A stretch of 64,000 nt of DNA from an uncultured Alphaproteobacteria bacterium (GTDB lineage Bacteria; Pseudomonadota; Alphaproteobacteria; HIMB59; GCA-002718135), in NCBI GenBank assembly GCA_902621855.1, contig CACNNQ010000002.1:154731-218730 (forward strand), in the 5' to 3' direction. Within the stretch, counting starts at the first letter, position 1. Each line of letters starts with the position of its first letter. Both the position numbers and the translations under genes were made by a program. Below the pieces are notes generated by a model. The model had not been told where the DNA came from and ran no database searches. It worked only from the letters and a program-made list of their open reading frames with translations. Below, piece by piece: positions 1 through 10,209 of the stretch.

Positions 1-37
1 AGAAAACAAATATCAAGGATTGAAGTTACAAAAAAAT

Positions 38-292
38 TTATTTAATTTTAACTTCTAAAGAATGCAAGCCATTTTCAAATTCTAATTTTAAAATTTCATT
101 TATTTTTTTATGAACTTTTAACCTATCTATTTTTTGATTAAATTTTTTTTTAAGTAGTATTTCGATATGTGTTTCATCTTTACCATTGAAATTAAAATGA
201 CCAATATGTTTATAAGAGTTATCAACTATTTTCATGGTGAAATCATTTAATTGATTATCTAATAAATTTTTAATTCTTTCCTTACGTTTCAT
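38..292 (-). CDS. bolA: BolA family protein (start moved to Met27 of the 110-aa ORF; 84 aa)
   Basis: From MKRKERIKNLLDNQL the product follows the BolA N-terminal pattern (compare E. coli MMIRERIEEKL). It also has the IVDNSYKH and ETH motifs. The 26-aa upstream extension is hydrophobic and would overlap the divergent gene at 316. Confidence 0.8.
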   Translation of the reverse strand: MKRKERIKNLLDNQLNDFTMKIVDNSYKHIGHFNFNGKDETHIEILLKKKFNQKIDRLKVHKKINEILKLEFENGLHSLEVKIK

Positions 293-315
293 AAATAAAT
301 GACTATATATATAAT

Positions 316-906
316 ATGTCAAAATACAAAATAGATGTAAAAAAAAATAGTCTATCTTGGGAAAAAACATACATTCGTGAATGTGATAAAATAGATTGCA
401 AACAAAAAGGTGAGTTTAAGGCTCCCAAATCTAGAAAAAATCTAAATGAATACTATTTTTTTTGTTTAGATCATGTCAAAGAGTATAATAAGTCATGGGA
501 CTTCTACCGTGGTCTTACTGTTAACCAAATAGAGAGTTCAATGCGAGAAGATACTATCTGGAATAGACCTTCATGGCCATTAAAAGGCAATCCTTATAAA
601 GTAATAGAGCAAATAAATAATCTTTATGATGATAAAATAAATAATTTGAATTTAGATAATAATAAAAGCAACTATTTTCAAAATAAGATACTTAATGAAC
701 GATTTACAACAGAAGAAAATAAAGCTCTCTCTATTTTAAACGTAAAATTACCGTTAACACTGGAAAAAATTAAAAAAAATTATAAAAAACTAGTGAAAAT
801 ATTTCATCCTGATGTAAATGGGAATAATAAAAATGCTGAAGAAAAATTTAAAGAAATTAATAAATCTTACAAAATAATACTTAATAAACTTAAAAATGAA
901 CATTAG
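316..906 (+). CDS. J-domain (DnaJ-like) protein with N-terminal Cys-rich segment
   Basis: The C-terminal J domain has the HPD tripeptide (KKLVKIFHPDVNG...EEKFKEINKSYKIIL). The N-terminal CDKIDC...FFCLDHVKEYNKSW segment is as I recall for alphaproteobacterial DnaJ-like proteins next to cobS/cobT. Confidence 0.8.
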   Translation: MSKYKIDVKKNSLSWEKTYIRECDKIDCKQKGEFKAPKSRKNLNEYYFFCLDHVKEYNKSWDFYRGLTVNQIESSMREDTIWNRPSWPLKGNPYKVIEQINNLYDDKINNLNLDNNKSNYFQNKILNERFTTEENKALSILNVKLPLTLEKIKKNYKKLVKIFHPDVNGNNKNAEEKFKEINKSYKIILNKLKNEH

Positions 907-1879
907 AAATAATATAGATAAAGTTGCATTAAAAAAAATTAATACTGAAAAAATATTTAGTGTTAAATGCAATTTTGATGTTTTTGGCTTTGAAGATAAG
1001 TCCGAACATGTACCTGAAATAGATAGTACTTATAAATTTGATTCAAAAACTACTCATTCCATTCTTGCTGGATTTGCTTCTAACAGAAGAGTTTTAATTC
1101 AAGGCTATCATGGTACAGGAAAGTCTACACATATCGAACAAGTAGCAGCAAGATTAAATTGGCCATGTATTAGAATAAATTTAGACAGCCATATAAGCAG
1201 GATTGATTTAATTGGAAAAGATGCAATAGTTCTAAAAGATAACAAACAGATCACTCAATTTCAAGATGGAATACTTCCATGGGCATACAAAAATCCAGTT
1301 GCTCTTGTATTTGATGAATACGATGCTGGACGTCCAGATGTAATGTTTGTAATACAACGTATCTTAGAATCTGATGGAAAACTTACACTACTAGATCAAT
1401 CTCGTGTAATAAAACCAAATAAATATTTTCGTTTATTTGCTACAGCAAATACAGTAGGTCTTGGAGATACTTCAGGACTTTATCATGGAACTCAACAAAT
1501 TAATCAAGGTCAAATGGATAGATGGAATATTGTTTCAAGACTAAATTATTTAAGTAATGATCAAGAAAGTAAAATAATTTTAAGTAAAGTGAGTAATTTG
1601 AATAACAAAGAAGGAAAAGAAATTATTCAAAATATGGTATCCACTGCAGATCTTACAAGATCAGGTTTTATTAATGGAGATATATCAACTGTAATGAGTC
1701 CAAGAACAGTAATAACATGGGCTGAAAATTATTTGTTATTTAAAGATGTGGAATATGCATTTAAATTATCATTTTTAAATCGTTGTGATGAAATGGAGAG
1801 GCCAACAATAGAGGAATATTTTCAAAGATCATTTGGGATTGACATAACTGACGCAAAAATTGTTAATGTTAAAGAATAG
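896..1879 (+). CDS. cobS: CobS-family AAA+ (MoxR-like) ATPase, annotated as cobaltochelatase subunit CobS
   Basis: Walker A is GYHGTGKST and Walker B is ALVFDEYD. The 327-aa length and overall pattern match the CobS family. It overlaps the upstream gene by 11 nt. Confidence 0.85.
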   Translation: MNIRNNIDKVALKKINTEKIFSVKCNFDVFGFEDKSEHVPEIDSTYKFDSKTTHSILAGFASNRRVLIQGYHGTGKSTHIEQVAARLNWPCIRINLDSHISRIDLIGKDAIVLKDNKQITQFQDGILPWAYKNPVALVFDEYDAGRPDVMFVIQRILESDGKLTLLDQSRVIKPNKYFRLFATANTVGLGDTSGLYHGTQQINQGQMDRWNIVSRLNYLSNDQESKIILSKVSNLNNKEGKEIIQNMVSTADLTRSGFINGDISTVMSPRTVITWAENYLLFKDVEYAFKLSFLNRCDEMERPTIEEYFQRSFGIDITDAKIVNVKE

Positions 1880-3647
1880 TGAAGTTATAGAAGAATTTAA
1901 AAAATCATTATCTGCAACGGTAAAATCTATTGGCAAAAATGATGAAATTGAAATTAATTTCGTAAAGGAAAACTCTTCAATTAATGGAAATACTGTTAAT
2001 TTGATTGAACCAAATATAGAGAACATAAAAAACAACTTAACTTATATTCGAGCAGAAGCAGACTTAATAGCTTTAGAATTTAGGCATCATTCTAAAGAAA
2101 TACATAATAAATTTTTAAATAATGATGAGTTTTCAAATAGTATTTTGAATGCACTTGAGCAAACAAGAATTGAAGCAAGAGGAAGTAAAGAATTTAAAGG
2201 TATTGGTAATAATTTAAAATTTAAACATAATAAAGATTTAGTTAAAATTCCTCTAGAACAATCAAAAGAAAATTTAATACAAGCTTTTCGATATATTTCA
2301 TTTACAGAATTAGTTGGTGAAAATTTAGTTTATAAAAATGATAATTTTAAAAAGTTAATTAAAGATAAATTAAAAGATAATTATAATGATTTTTTCACAG
2401 ATTTAAAAAAAAACATCAATAATCAAGAAAAGTTTTCTAGAACGATTATCAATAAATTAGATGAACTAGGATTATTAAATAATGATAATCCTAGTAATGC
2501 AGAGAATGATTTAAATGAGGGCGAAAGTGAAGATAATAATGAAAATAGCGATAATAATGAACAGAACAATGAGGACAATTCTGAGGCTAATATAGAAATT
2601 CAATCAACTGAAACTAACATTGAACAATCAGTATCTACTGAACAAAGTGAAGAAATGGGTGATGATAGTAGTGATAATGAAGTAGATTATATTCCTAAAA
2701 TTGATTCACTTGAAAATTTAAAAACATATAAGATTTACAATAAAAATTTTGATGAAATTATTAATGCTGATGAATTATGTGAATTTAAGGAATTAGAAAA
2801 ATTAAGACATAATCTTGATCAACAAGTATTTACTTTCCAACCATTAATTATCAAAATAGCTAATAGGCTTCAGAGAAAACTATTAGCACAACAAAATAGG
2901 TATTGGGACTTTAATATGGAAGAAGGTTATCTTGATACTTCTAGATTGGCAAAAATTATTGCAAATCCTAAAAACAAATTAAGTTATAAAGTTGAAAAAG
3001 AAATTGAATTTAAAGATACTGTTGTCTCACTTTTAATAGATAATTCAGGTTCAATGAGAGGCAGACCAATAACTGTTGCTGCTTTATGCTCTGATATTTT
3101 AGCTAGAACTTTAGAAAGATGTTTAATAAAAACAGAAATTTTAGGCTTTACAACGAAAGCCTGGAAAGGTGGTAAATCTAGAGAAAATTGGATTAAAAAT
3201 GGAAAACCATCTAACCCAGGCAGATTAAATGATTTGAGGCATATAATATACAAATCTGGTGACTCTCCATGGAGAAGATCAAAAAAAAATTTAGGTCTAT
3301 TACTTAAAGAAGGAATTTTAAAAGAGAATGTTGATGGTGAAGCATTATCTTGGGCATATAAAAGATTATTATTGAGGCAGGAAAAAAGAAAAATTTTAAT
3401 TGTAATAAGTGATGGAGCTCCTGTTGATGATTCAACATTATCAGTAAATCCTGGAAATTATTTAGAGAAAAATTTAAGAGATGTAATTCAAGAAGTTGAA
3501 AAGAATAGTAATATTGAGTTAATGGCTATAGGTATTGGCCATGATGTTTCAAGATATTACAATAAAGCAGTTACTATAATGGATGTAGATCAACTAGGTG
3601 AAGTACTACTTAACCAACTATCAAATATTTTTTCAATCAATAATTAG
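1860..3647 (+). CDS. cobT: CobT-family vWA-domain protein, annotated as cobaltochelatase subunit CobT
   Basis: It has a central acidic D/E/N/S tract and a C-terminal von Willebrand A domain with a MIDAS-like LLIDNSGSM. The [13 protein letters not shown] motif is typical of CobT. It overlaps cobS by 20 nt. Confidence 0.85.
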   Translation: MLMLKNSEVIEEFKKSLSATVKSIGKNDEIEINFVKENSSINGNTVNLIEPNIENIKNNLTYIRAEADLIALEFRHHSKEIHNKFLNNDEFSNSILNALEQTRIEARGSKEFKGIGNNLKFKHNKDLVKIPLEQSKENLIQAFRYISFTELVGENLVYKNDNFKKLIKDKLKDNYNDFFTDLKKNINNQEKFSRTIINKLDELGLLNNDNPSNAENDLNEGESEDNNENSDNNEQNNEDNSEANIEIQSTETNIEQSVSTEQSEEMGDDSSDNEVDYIPKIDSLENLKTYKIYNKNFDEIINADELCEFKELEKLRHNLDQQVFTFQPLIIKIANRLQRKLLAQQNRYWDFNMEEGYLDTSRLAKIIANPKNKLSYKVEKEIEFKDTVVSLLIDNSGSMRGRPITVAALCSDILARTLERCLIKTEILGFTTKAWKGGKSRENWIKNGKPSNPGRLNDLRHIIYKSGDSPWRRSKKNLGLLLKEGILKENVDGEALSWAYKRLLLRQEKRKILIVISDGAPVDDSTLSVNPGNYLEKNLRDVIQEVEKNSNIELMAIGIGHDVSRYYNKAVTIMDVDQLGEVLLNQLSNIFSINN

Positions 3648-4843
3648 CTTTCTAGCCATTCTTTTCTTTTAATTTCAAAATCATTATTCTTAATTGCTGT
3701 TCTAATTGTCTTCATTAAGTTGTTAATAAAAAATATGTTATGATTAGTAATTAATTGCAAACCAAGTAGCTCATGAGAAGCAAATAAATGATGCAAATAC
3801 GATAATGTGAAATTTTTGCATGTATAACATAAACAATTTTTATCAATTGGATTTATATTTTCTTTATACTCAATATTTTTTATATTGATTTTACCTTTTC
3901 TACCTTTTACAAGTGCAGCGCCATGCCTTGCTAATCGAGTTGGGCTTACACAATCAAAAGTATCAATTCCATATTCAACAAATGTCCAAATATCTGTAGG
4001 ATCACCAATACCTAACAAATGAACTGGTTTAGTATTTATCAATCTTGATGCAGTAAAATTAACAACTTCTTTCATTTGTTCTTTATTCGAACCAAGACTA
4101 CCTCCAATCGCAACTCCAAAACTATGGATCTCATTTTCATTAAATTCTATACTTTCTTCACGCATTTCTTTAAATACCCCACCTTGTATAATACTATAAA
4201 TCTCCTGAAACCCTGATGATCCATTTTTTGGTTCATATTTTAGTTTTGAATTAAATGCATTTATTGATCTTTTTGCCCATCTATGACTTCTTAACATTGA
4301 ATGATATGTATAATTTTTGTTAACATTAAAAGGGGTACATTCATCAAACACTACTATAAGATCCGCTCCAAGATCTCTTTGAATTTCTATAGATTTTTCA
4401 GGAGTTAATAAGACATTTGATCCATTTATATATGACTTAAAAACTGCACCTTCTTCATTTATATTTATTAATGTTTTTTTTATTTTAGAATTTGTTCTTC
4501 TACCTTTAATTTCATCTGCAACCGAACCATATCCTAAAGAAAAAATTTGGAAACCTCCACTATCTGTAAGCATAGGCCCGTCCCATCCAATAAATTTATG
4601 TAAACCTCCATGGTTTGCAATCAAATTACTGCCTGGTTGGAGCATTAAATGATATGTGTTAGATAATATAACTTGAGTGTTATTTTTTTTTGCATCATAA
4701 GTTGAAAATGATTTTAAAGCTGCTTTGGTTGCACAAAATATAAATGCAGGAGTTTCTATATCACCATGGGGTGTTGAAATTTTTCCAACTCTAGCTTTAC
4801 TGTTTTTAAGTTTATATTTTACTTCCCATTTAAAATTAGACAT
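3644..4843 (-). CDS. tgt: tRNA-guanine transglycosylase (queuine tRNA-ribosyltransferase)
   Basis: Motifs present: [25 protein letters not shown] and a zinc site CLCYTCKNF...HH. Length is 399 aa. Confidence 0.92.
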   Translation of the reverse strand: MSNFKWEVKYKLKNSKARVGKISTPHGDIETPAFIFCATKAALKSFSTYDAKKNNTQVILSNTYHLMLQPGSNLIANHGGLHKFIGWDGPMLTDSGGFQIFSLGYGSVADEIKGRRTNSKIKKTLININEEGAVFKSYINGSNVLLTPEKSIEIQRDLGADLIVVFDECTPFNVNKNYTYHSMLRSHRWAKRSINAFNSKLKYEPKNGSSGFQEIYSIIQGGVFKEMREESIEFNENEIHSFGVAIGGSLGSNKEQMKEVVNFTASRLINTKPVHLLGIGDPTDIWTFVEYGIDTFDCVSPTRLARHGAALVKGRKGKINIKNIEYKENINPIDKNCLCYTCKNFTLSYLHHLFASHELLGLQLITNHNIFFINNLMKTIRTAIKNNDFEIKRKEWLES

Positions 4844-5576
4844 TAGTTTTTTTTATAAAAAACTTAGCTAGGTAAATTAAAGGGGTATCAAAAAGAGCTA
4901 ATAAAATTCTTAGTAAATACGTTCCTAGAATATATATCATAATTACATTATAAATACTGATTGGTTCTGGATTCAATAAGATCCATGCAAAGATACTAAA
5001 AACAGTATTATCAACTAAAGATGAGGCAATAGTTGATAAATTATTTCTTAACCACAAATACTTTTCAGAAGTTACTCTTTTTATATAGTTAAAGAACCAA
5101 ACATCAAAATACTGACTAATTAAATAAGCAATCATACTAGCAATAAAAAATCTTGTCATTGGTGTAAATACATTTGACAAACTTTCCTGGACCCAATCAT
5201 CTGAAGATGGTTTAAAACCAATTGTAATAACCATAAGCAAAGTCATAAAAAGAAAAGCACAAAATCCAATTAGTATATTCATTCTTGCTTTATTTTTATC
5301 AAAATATTCAGATAATATATCGGTACATAAAAATGTTGATGCAAAAAGAATAGTACCAAGTGCTACAGGTTCAGGTGAATAAAAGAAATCAACTGTTTTT
5401 AAGACTTGTATATTAGCTCCAATAACTGCTAAGGCACAGTAAATAAAAATACCTACATATCCAAACAGACGTAAAAATGTTAAAATCGAAATATAACAAA
5501 AAAATAGTAGAATGACCCACATTAGCTCTGTGCTAAATGAGTTAAATATTGCTGTTAGGTTAAAGAAAAAATTCAT
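4836..5576 (-). CDS. yhhQ: YhhQ/Vut (DUF165) family queuosine-precursor transporter
   Basis: Polytopic membrane protein with YhhQ-like segments (CTDILSEYF, LVDNTVF). It lies immediately upstream of tgt with an 8-nt overlap. Confidence 0.7.
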   Translation of the reverse strand: MNFFFNLTAIFNSFSTELMWVILLFFCYISILTFLRLFGYVGIFIYCALAVIGANIQVLKTVDFFYSPEPVALGTILFASTFLCTDILSEYFDKNKARMNILIGFCAFLFMTLLMVITIGFKPSSDDWVQESLSNVFTPMTRFFIASMIAYLISQYFDVWFFNYIKRVTSEKYLWLRNNLSTIASSLVDNTVFSIFAWILLNPEPISIYNVIMIYILGTYLLRILLALFDTPLIYLAKFFIKKTNV

Positions 5577-5586
5577 TTGTAAAATT

Positions 5587-5868
5587 TTAATTAGATTTTA
5601 ATAGAATAATTTTTTTTAACTTTTTTGCTTTTAAAGGCAATTTTGAGTTTGGAGTATTTAGTAAAAAATCATCAAGACCGCCTTTTTTTTCGACAGTTCT
5701 TATTGTACTGACAGCTACCTTCATCTGAAATGATTGACCTAAAATTTCACTATTAAATGTGATATTTTGAAGGTTTGGCTTAAACCTTCTTTTAGTTCTA
5801 TTTTTTGCATGACTTACATTATTACCTGTTTGAAATGATTTCCCTGTAAGCTCACAACGCATAGACAT
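5587..5868 (-). CDS. rpmB: 50S ribosomal protein L28
   Basis: The N-terminus MSMRCELTGKSFQTGNNVSHAKNRTKRRFKPNLQ is the canonical L28 pattern. Confidence 0.93.
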   Translation of the reverse strand: MSMRCELTGKSFQTGNNVSHAKNRTKRRFKPNLQNITFNSEILGQSFQMKVAVSTIRTVEKKGGLDDFLLNTPNSKLPLKAKKLKKIILLKSN

Positions 5869-5912
5869 AATTTTGAAGCTAGTAAATATAAATATTATTT
5901 TGTCAAGTATTC

Positions 5913-6749
5913 TTAAATACTAAATTTATCAATACAATAAGTTGGGTATATATTGTGATTTTTTGATAACTTGTTAATAGCATCAATTTTTTTATGGATA
6001 CCTGATATTACTAAAATACTATCTATAGAAAAATTGTTTGCACCTTTTATATCGTGAAAAATAGAATCACCTATTGCTAAAGTTTCACTTTTATTAATCT
6101 TAAATGATTTTATTATTTCTGAATATATATCTATTTCAGGTTTGCCTTGGATAATAACATCACCTCCCATTTTTTTATATATTTCTGCAATTGCCCCCAT
6201 ACAAAATATATTTTTACTATTATTTATTTCTATCGTCTCAAAATCTGGGTTTGCACAATACATTTTTAATTTCATTTCATGAGCTTTATCAAGCATAGGA
6301 ATATAATCAATAGGCTGCATTTCTGGAAAAGGGGTGCATGCTAATATGAAATCAGCATCTTCAATTTTATTGACATATTCTAAATTTAAATTTTCTCTAA
6401 AAAGAATACCATCTTCTTTTGAGTCATCATAAATATGGAAACATTTTTTTTTAATTTTTAGTTTTGAATACTTATTATAAATTGTCTTCCAAATCATTTC
6501 GCCACTAGTGAATACATCTAAAAAATCATTTTTTTTAAAACCCAATTTTGGTAATTTTGCTTCAGATGTTATTTTTCTTTTAGATGAATTGGAAACAATA
6601 AATAAATTTTTATTTTTTTTTTTTAAAAAATCAATTGATTTTATTGCATGCTTATATCCATGAGTGCCATCATGCATTACCCCCCATTGATCAATTATAA
6701 AGTTTTCATATTTGTTAATCACTTCTAAAATTGAGTTTATTTTGATCAT
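5913..6749 (-). CDS. HAD-superfamily subfamily IIA hydrolase (uncharacterised clade)
   Basis: HAD motifs: DQWGVMHDG (motif I), VSNSS (motif II), GDSIFHDIKGA (motif IV). Length is 278 aa. Confidence 0.7.
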   Translation of the reverse strand: MIKINSILEVINKYENFIIDQWGVMHDGTHGYKHAIKSIDFLKKKNKNLFIVSNSSKRKITSEAKLPKLGFKKNDFLDVFTSGEMIWKTIYNKYSKLKIKKKCFHIYDDSKEDGILFRENLNLEYVNKIEDADFILACTPFPEMQPIDYIPMLDKAHEMKLKMYCANPDFETIEINNSKNIFCMGAIAEIYKKMGGDVIIQGKPEIDIYSEIIKSFKINKSETLAIGDSIFHDIKGANNFSIDSILVISGIHKKIDAINKLSKNHNIYPTYCIDKFSI

Positions 6750-6751
6750 AA

Positions 6752-7807
6752 TTAGACAGATTTTCCAATTAAATCTGAAATATTTTTATATCCATCTGTT
6801 TTAATTAAATCTACTAATTCTTTTTTTATTTTTGATATTAATGATGGTCCAGAAAAGGTAAGAGCAGAGTACAATTGTATTAAAGAAGCTCCAGACTTAA
6901 TTTTTTCATAACAATCACTTCCACTAGAAATCCCCCCTACTCCAATTAAAATAATTTGGCCATTTGTAAGGTTATACATTTTTTTTAAAATTTTATTTGA
7001 AGCTTGAAAAAGTGGCTTTCCACTTAGTCCGCCTTTAAAGTTTTTATTTTTTGATAATAGATTATTTGGTCTATTAATTGTTGTATTGGTAATTATTAAT
7101 CCATCGATGTTATTAGCAAGAGAAATCAAAGCAATGTCTCTAAGCTGGTCATCATTTAAATCTGGAGAAATTTTTATAAATATTGGTATCTTGGTTAAAC
7201 TATCAATTTTTTCTCTTTTAAGAACAACTTGTTTAATTAAATTTTCGATTTTACCTCTAAGTTGTAGATCTCTTAATCCCACAGTATTTGGGGAAGAGAT
7301 ATTTATTGTAATATAATTTGCTAAATTGCAAAAGCTTTCAATACCAAATAAATAATCATTTATTGAATCTGTACTATTTTTATTAATCCCTAAATTAACA
7401 CCAACAATTCTGTTTTTATTTGAACTACTTTTGAATTTTATTAAATTTTTTTTAGCTTTTAAAATACCTTTATTATTAAAACCTAAGCTATTAATTATAC
7501 CTTTATCCTCTTCTAATCTAAAAACTCTTGGTTTTGGATTTCCATTTTGAGGTAGTGGAGTAATTGTACCAACTTCTATAAAACCAAATCCTAAAGAAAA
7601 CATTGAACTAATTACTTCTGCATTTTTATCAAAACCTGCAGCGAGGCCTATTGGATTTGGAAAATCTAATCCTAGAATATGTTGAGATAAAATTGGATCA
7701 TTTATATTATCATATTTGAGATTTAAATATTTGAGTGCTTGTATAGAAAAAGAATGTGCTAATTCTGGTGGAAGAAACTTTAGAATTTTTATTGGAATAT
7801 CAAACAA
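6752..7807 (-). CDS. pyrD: Dihydroorotate dehydrogenase (quinone), class 2
   Basis: Motifs present: GFGFIEVGTITP, NLGINKNS, GLIITNTT, GGLSGKPL, IGVGGISSG. Confidence 0.92.
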   Translation of the reverse strand: MFDIPIKILKFLPPELAHSFSIQALKYLNLKYDNINDPILSQHILGLDFPNPIGLAAGFDKNAEVISSMFSLGFGFIEVGTITPLPQNGNPKPRVFRLEEDKGIINSLGFNNKGILKAKKNLIKFKSSSNKNRIVGVNLGINKNSTDSINDYLFGIESFCNLANYITINISSPNTVGLRDLQLRGKIENLIKQVVLKREKIDSLTKIPIFIKISPDLNDDQLRDIALISLANNIDGLIITNTTINRPNNLLSKNKNFKGGLSGKPLFQASNKILKKMYNLTNGQIILIGVGGISSGSDCYEKIKSGASLIQLYSALTFSGPSLISKIKKELVDLIKTDGYKNISDLIGKSV

Positions 7808-7811
7808 TAAA

Positions 7812-9395
7812 TTATTTATCTATTAATTTTTTTATATAATCAATAGTTTCTCTTAAACCAAATAATTTAAAAAATGATCCAAGTCTGGGACCTTGATCCT
7901 GACCGAGCATAACTTGATAAACAAGCTTAAAAAAATCTTTTAAGTTTTCAAATTTGTGCTTTTTTCCTACTTCATATAACAATGTTTGAATATCTTCAGA
8001 TGAGCTATTTTCATTAACTTCATTTTCTAAAATATTAATAATATCAATAAAAACTTGTTTATTACTAATAGTAATCTCTAAAAAATTTTTTTTTGGCAAA
8101 ATAAAATCTTCATAGTAATTTAGCGCAAAGTCTATGAGACGATCAAATTCAGGGTTGTTATCAGCATTAATATTATCATCATATTTATTAATAAAAGACC
8201 ATATTACTTTTTTATCTTTAGAATTAGAGACATTTACTAGGTTAGTAAGGGTATTGAAATTTATTTCTGATTTAAATTCTTTAGGTTTTCCTGAATGAAT
8301 ATGCCAAATTGGATTATCATACTGTTTATTTTTATCTAAACTTGAGTATGAATTATATTGAGAAAGATAATCATCTACAGTTTTAGGAATGACATCAAAG
8401 TGAAGTTTCTTTGCTGATTTTGGTTTTTGAAACATATAGAGCGCAAGACTCTCAGGAGAGGCATAACGCAGCCACTCATCTACACTAATACCATTGCCGA
8501 CTGACTTAGAAATTTTTTCACCTTTTTCATCTAAAAACATTTCATAAATTAAATTGGTGGGTGGTTTTTTATTTAATGCCCTACAAATCTTGGATCCTAA
8601 ATCGACACTTTCTGTAAGGTCTTTACCACACATTTCATAATCTACGTCAAACGACATCCATCTCATTGCCCAATCGACTTTCCATTGTAACTTACATTTT
8701 CCATTAATTACTTCTGTTTCAACTAATTTGTCTAAAGATGGATCTTTGTAAATAATTGTTTTTGTATCCATTTTATATTCTTCAATTTTCACCTGAAGTA
8801 CTTCACCCGATTTTTCACTTATTGGAAGAAAAGGACTGTAGGTTTCTTTTCTCTCTGCCCTTAAGGTAGGTAAAATAATATCTAATATTTTTGGATAGTT
8901 TTCAAATATACTTAATATTGTTTCATTAAAATCTCCATTTTGATATTTTTCTGTTGAACTAACAAACTCATAATCAAAATTAAATTCATCTAAAAAACTT
9001 CTTAGTTTTGCATTATTATGATGTCCAAAACTTTCAAATTTACCAAAAGGATCTGGTATAGAAGTAAGTGGTTTACCTATAAATTTTTCTAACATTTGTT
9101 TATTTGGAACATTTTCAGGAACTTTTCTTAATCCATCCATATCATCAGAAAATGTAATCAGTTTTGCTGGGCAATCAATTATAGAGCTAAATGCATTTTT
9201 TACCATAGATGTTCTTACAACTTCACCAAAAGTTCCAATATGAGGTAAACCAGAAGGGCCATAACCAGTTTCTAGTAATACATATCCCTTAGATGGAATT
9301 TTAAAGTTTTGTAAACCGCCATTTTTTTTAATGATTTGTAATGCTTCTTTAAAAGGCCAAGCTTTTAAGGATTGTACTAATTCTTGATCAATCAT
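7812..9395 (-). CDS. lysK: Lysyl-tRNA synthetase, class I
   Basis: Class I signature motifs: GLPHIGTFGE (HIGH-type) and KISKSVGNG (KMSKS-type). The 527-aa length is typical of class I LysRS of alphaproteobacteria and archaea. Confidence 0.9.
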   Translation of the reverse strand: MIDQELVQSLKAWPFKEALQIIKKNGGLQNFKIPSKGYVLLETGYGPSGLPHIGTFGEVVRTSMVKNAFSSIIDCPAKLITFSDDMDGLRKVPENVPNKQMLEKFIGKPLTSIPDPFGKFESFGHHNNAKLRSFLDEFNFDYEFVSSTEKYQNGDFNETILSIFENYPKILDIILPTLRAERKETYSPFLPISEKSGEVLQVKIEEYKMDTKTIIYKDPSLDKLVETEVINGKCKLQWKVDWAMRWMSFDVDYEMCGKDLTESVDLGSKICRALNKKPPTNLIYEMFLDEKGEKISKSVGNGISVDEWLRYASPESLALYMFQKPKSAKKLHFDVIPKTVDDYLSQYNSYSSLDKNKQYDNPIWHIHSGKPKEFKSEINFNTLTNLVNVSNSKDKKVIWSFINKYDDNINADNNPEFDRLIDFALNYYEDFILPKKNFLEITISNKQVFIDIINILENEVNENSSSEDIQTLLYEVGKKHKFENLKDFFKLVYQVMLGQDQGPRLGSFFKLFGLRETIDYIKKLIDK

Positions 9396-9849
9396 TTAAT
9401 TTTGCTCTAATTCTTATTTTTTTACCCAATAACAACTTTAGTGAATTTGTGAAATTAAAAATTTCAGATCCTAATTTATTAAATAATTCATTTTCTAAAT
9501 CTACAATATTATCAATTATATTGTTAATTAAATCTTTCCCTGCTGTAGTTAAAATTAAACTATCTGATCTTTTATCTTGTGGTTGTTGTTTTGATATTAA
9601 CTTCTTTTCTTCTAGTTTAGAAACACGTAAACTAACAACTGATCTATCAATAGATGCATTTTTACATATATCCTGTTGAGTAATATTTATGTTTTTTTGC
9701 TGTAATAAATAAATTGTCTCGAGAATAAGATATTCATTTAATGTGATTTCACTCTCTTTTAATTTATTCCTTACTTTAGATTGCCATAAGTTTGATGTTT
9801 GCCATATTAATAATGCCAATCTATTCTCATTAAGAGAAGTGTCTGCCAT
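9388..9849 (-). CDS. MarR-family transcriptional regulator
   Basis: The 153-aa size and the winged-helix region (ITQQDICKNASIDRSVVSLRVSKLEEKKLISK) fit MarR. It overlaps lysK by 8 nt. Confidence 0.75.
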   Translation of the reverse strand: MADTSLNENRLALLIWQTSNLWQSKVRNKLKESEITLNEYLILETIYLLQQKNINITQQDICKNASIDRSVVSLRVSKLEEKKLISKQQPQDKRSDSLILTTAGKDLINNIIDNIVDLENELFNKLGSEIFNFTNSLKLLLGKKIRIRAKLND

Positions 9850-9897
9850 AGTTTTTATACAAACTGTTTGTATACAAATTAATAATATGTGTCAAAA

Positions 9898-10209
9898 CTA
9901 TTCTGGTGCAATTTCGATCTCTAAGCCATCAAGTTCTTCAGAAAGATTAATTTGACAGGATAATCTGGAATTGTTTTTAACATCAAAAGCTTGATCGAGC
10001 ATAGATTCTTCATCATCATCCATATTTTTAAGTTTATTTGTCCATTTTTCATCAATATAAACATGACAGGTAGCACAAGCACAACATCCTCCGCACGAAG
10101 CTTCAATATCATAGCCATTGTCTCTAAGGGTTTCCATTAACGTAAAATTACTATCATACTCAATTTCAGACTTTTTACCTGATTTATCTGTAATTATTAA
10201 CTTCGGCAT
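9898..10209 (-). CDS. 2Fe-2S ferredoxin (adrenodoxin/putidaredoxin type)
   Basis: Cys ligand spacing C-x5-C-x2-C (SCGGCCACATCHV) plus a distal Cys (RLSCQI). Length is 103 aa. Confidence 0.88.
   Translation of the reverse strand: MPKLIITDKSGKKSEIEYDSNFTLMETLRDNGYDIEASCGGCCACATCHVYIDEKWTNKLKNMDDDEESMLDQAFDVKNNSRLSCQINLSEELDGLEIEIAPE

Noticed and set aside
293-370. 5' extensions of several ORFs as given in the track: BolA 38-370, DUF465 15540-15812, TPR 38607-39200, ABC ATPase 43716-45473, SBP 47380-48990 and hemE 52011-53039.
   Set aside because: The extensions encode hydrophobic or unconserved residues and overlap neighbouring genes. Internal Met codons give family-typical N-termini, signal peptides, a GGAGG RBS (SBP) or an ATGA coupling overlap (ABC ATPase).
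2480-2700. An acidic D/E/N/S low-complexity tract inside cobT, considered as a possible insertion, repeat expansion or foreign segment.
   Set aside because: A central acidic linker is a normal feature of CobT-family proteins. The reading frame is continuous, and I see no exact tandem DNA repeat.
896-3647. Taking cobS/cobT as evidence that the organism synthesises cobalamin.
   Set aside because: Only the two small chelatase-family subunits are present here, with no cobN or other cob genes nearby. The family also occurs in genomes without B12 synthesis. The pathway cannot be inferred from this window.
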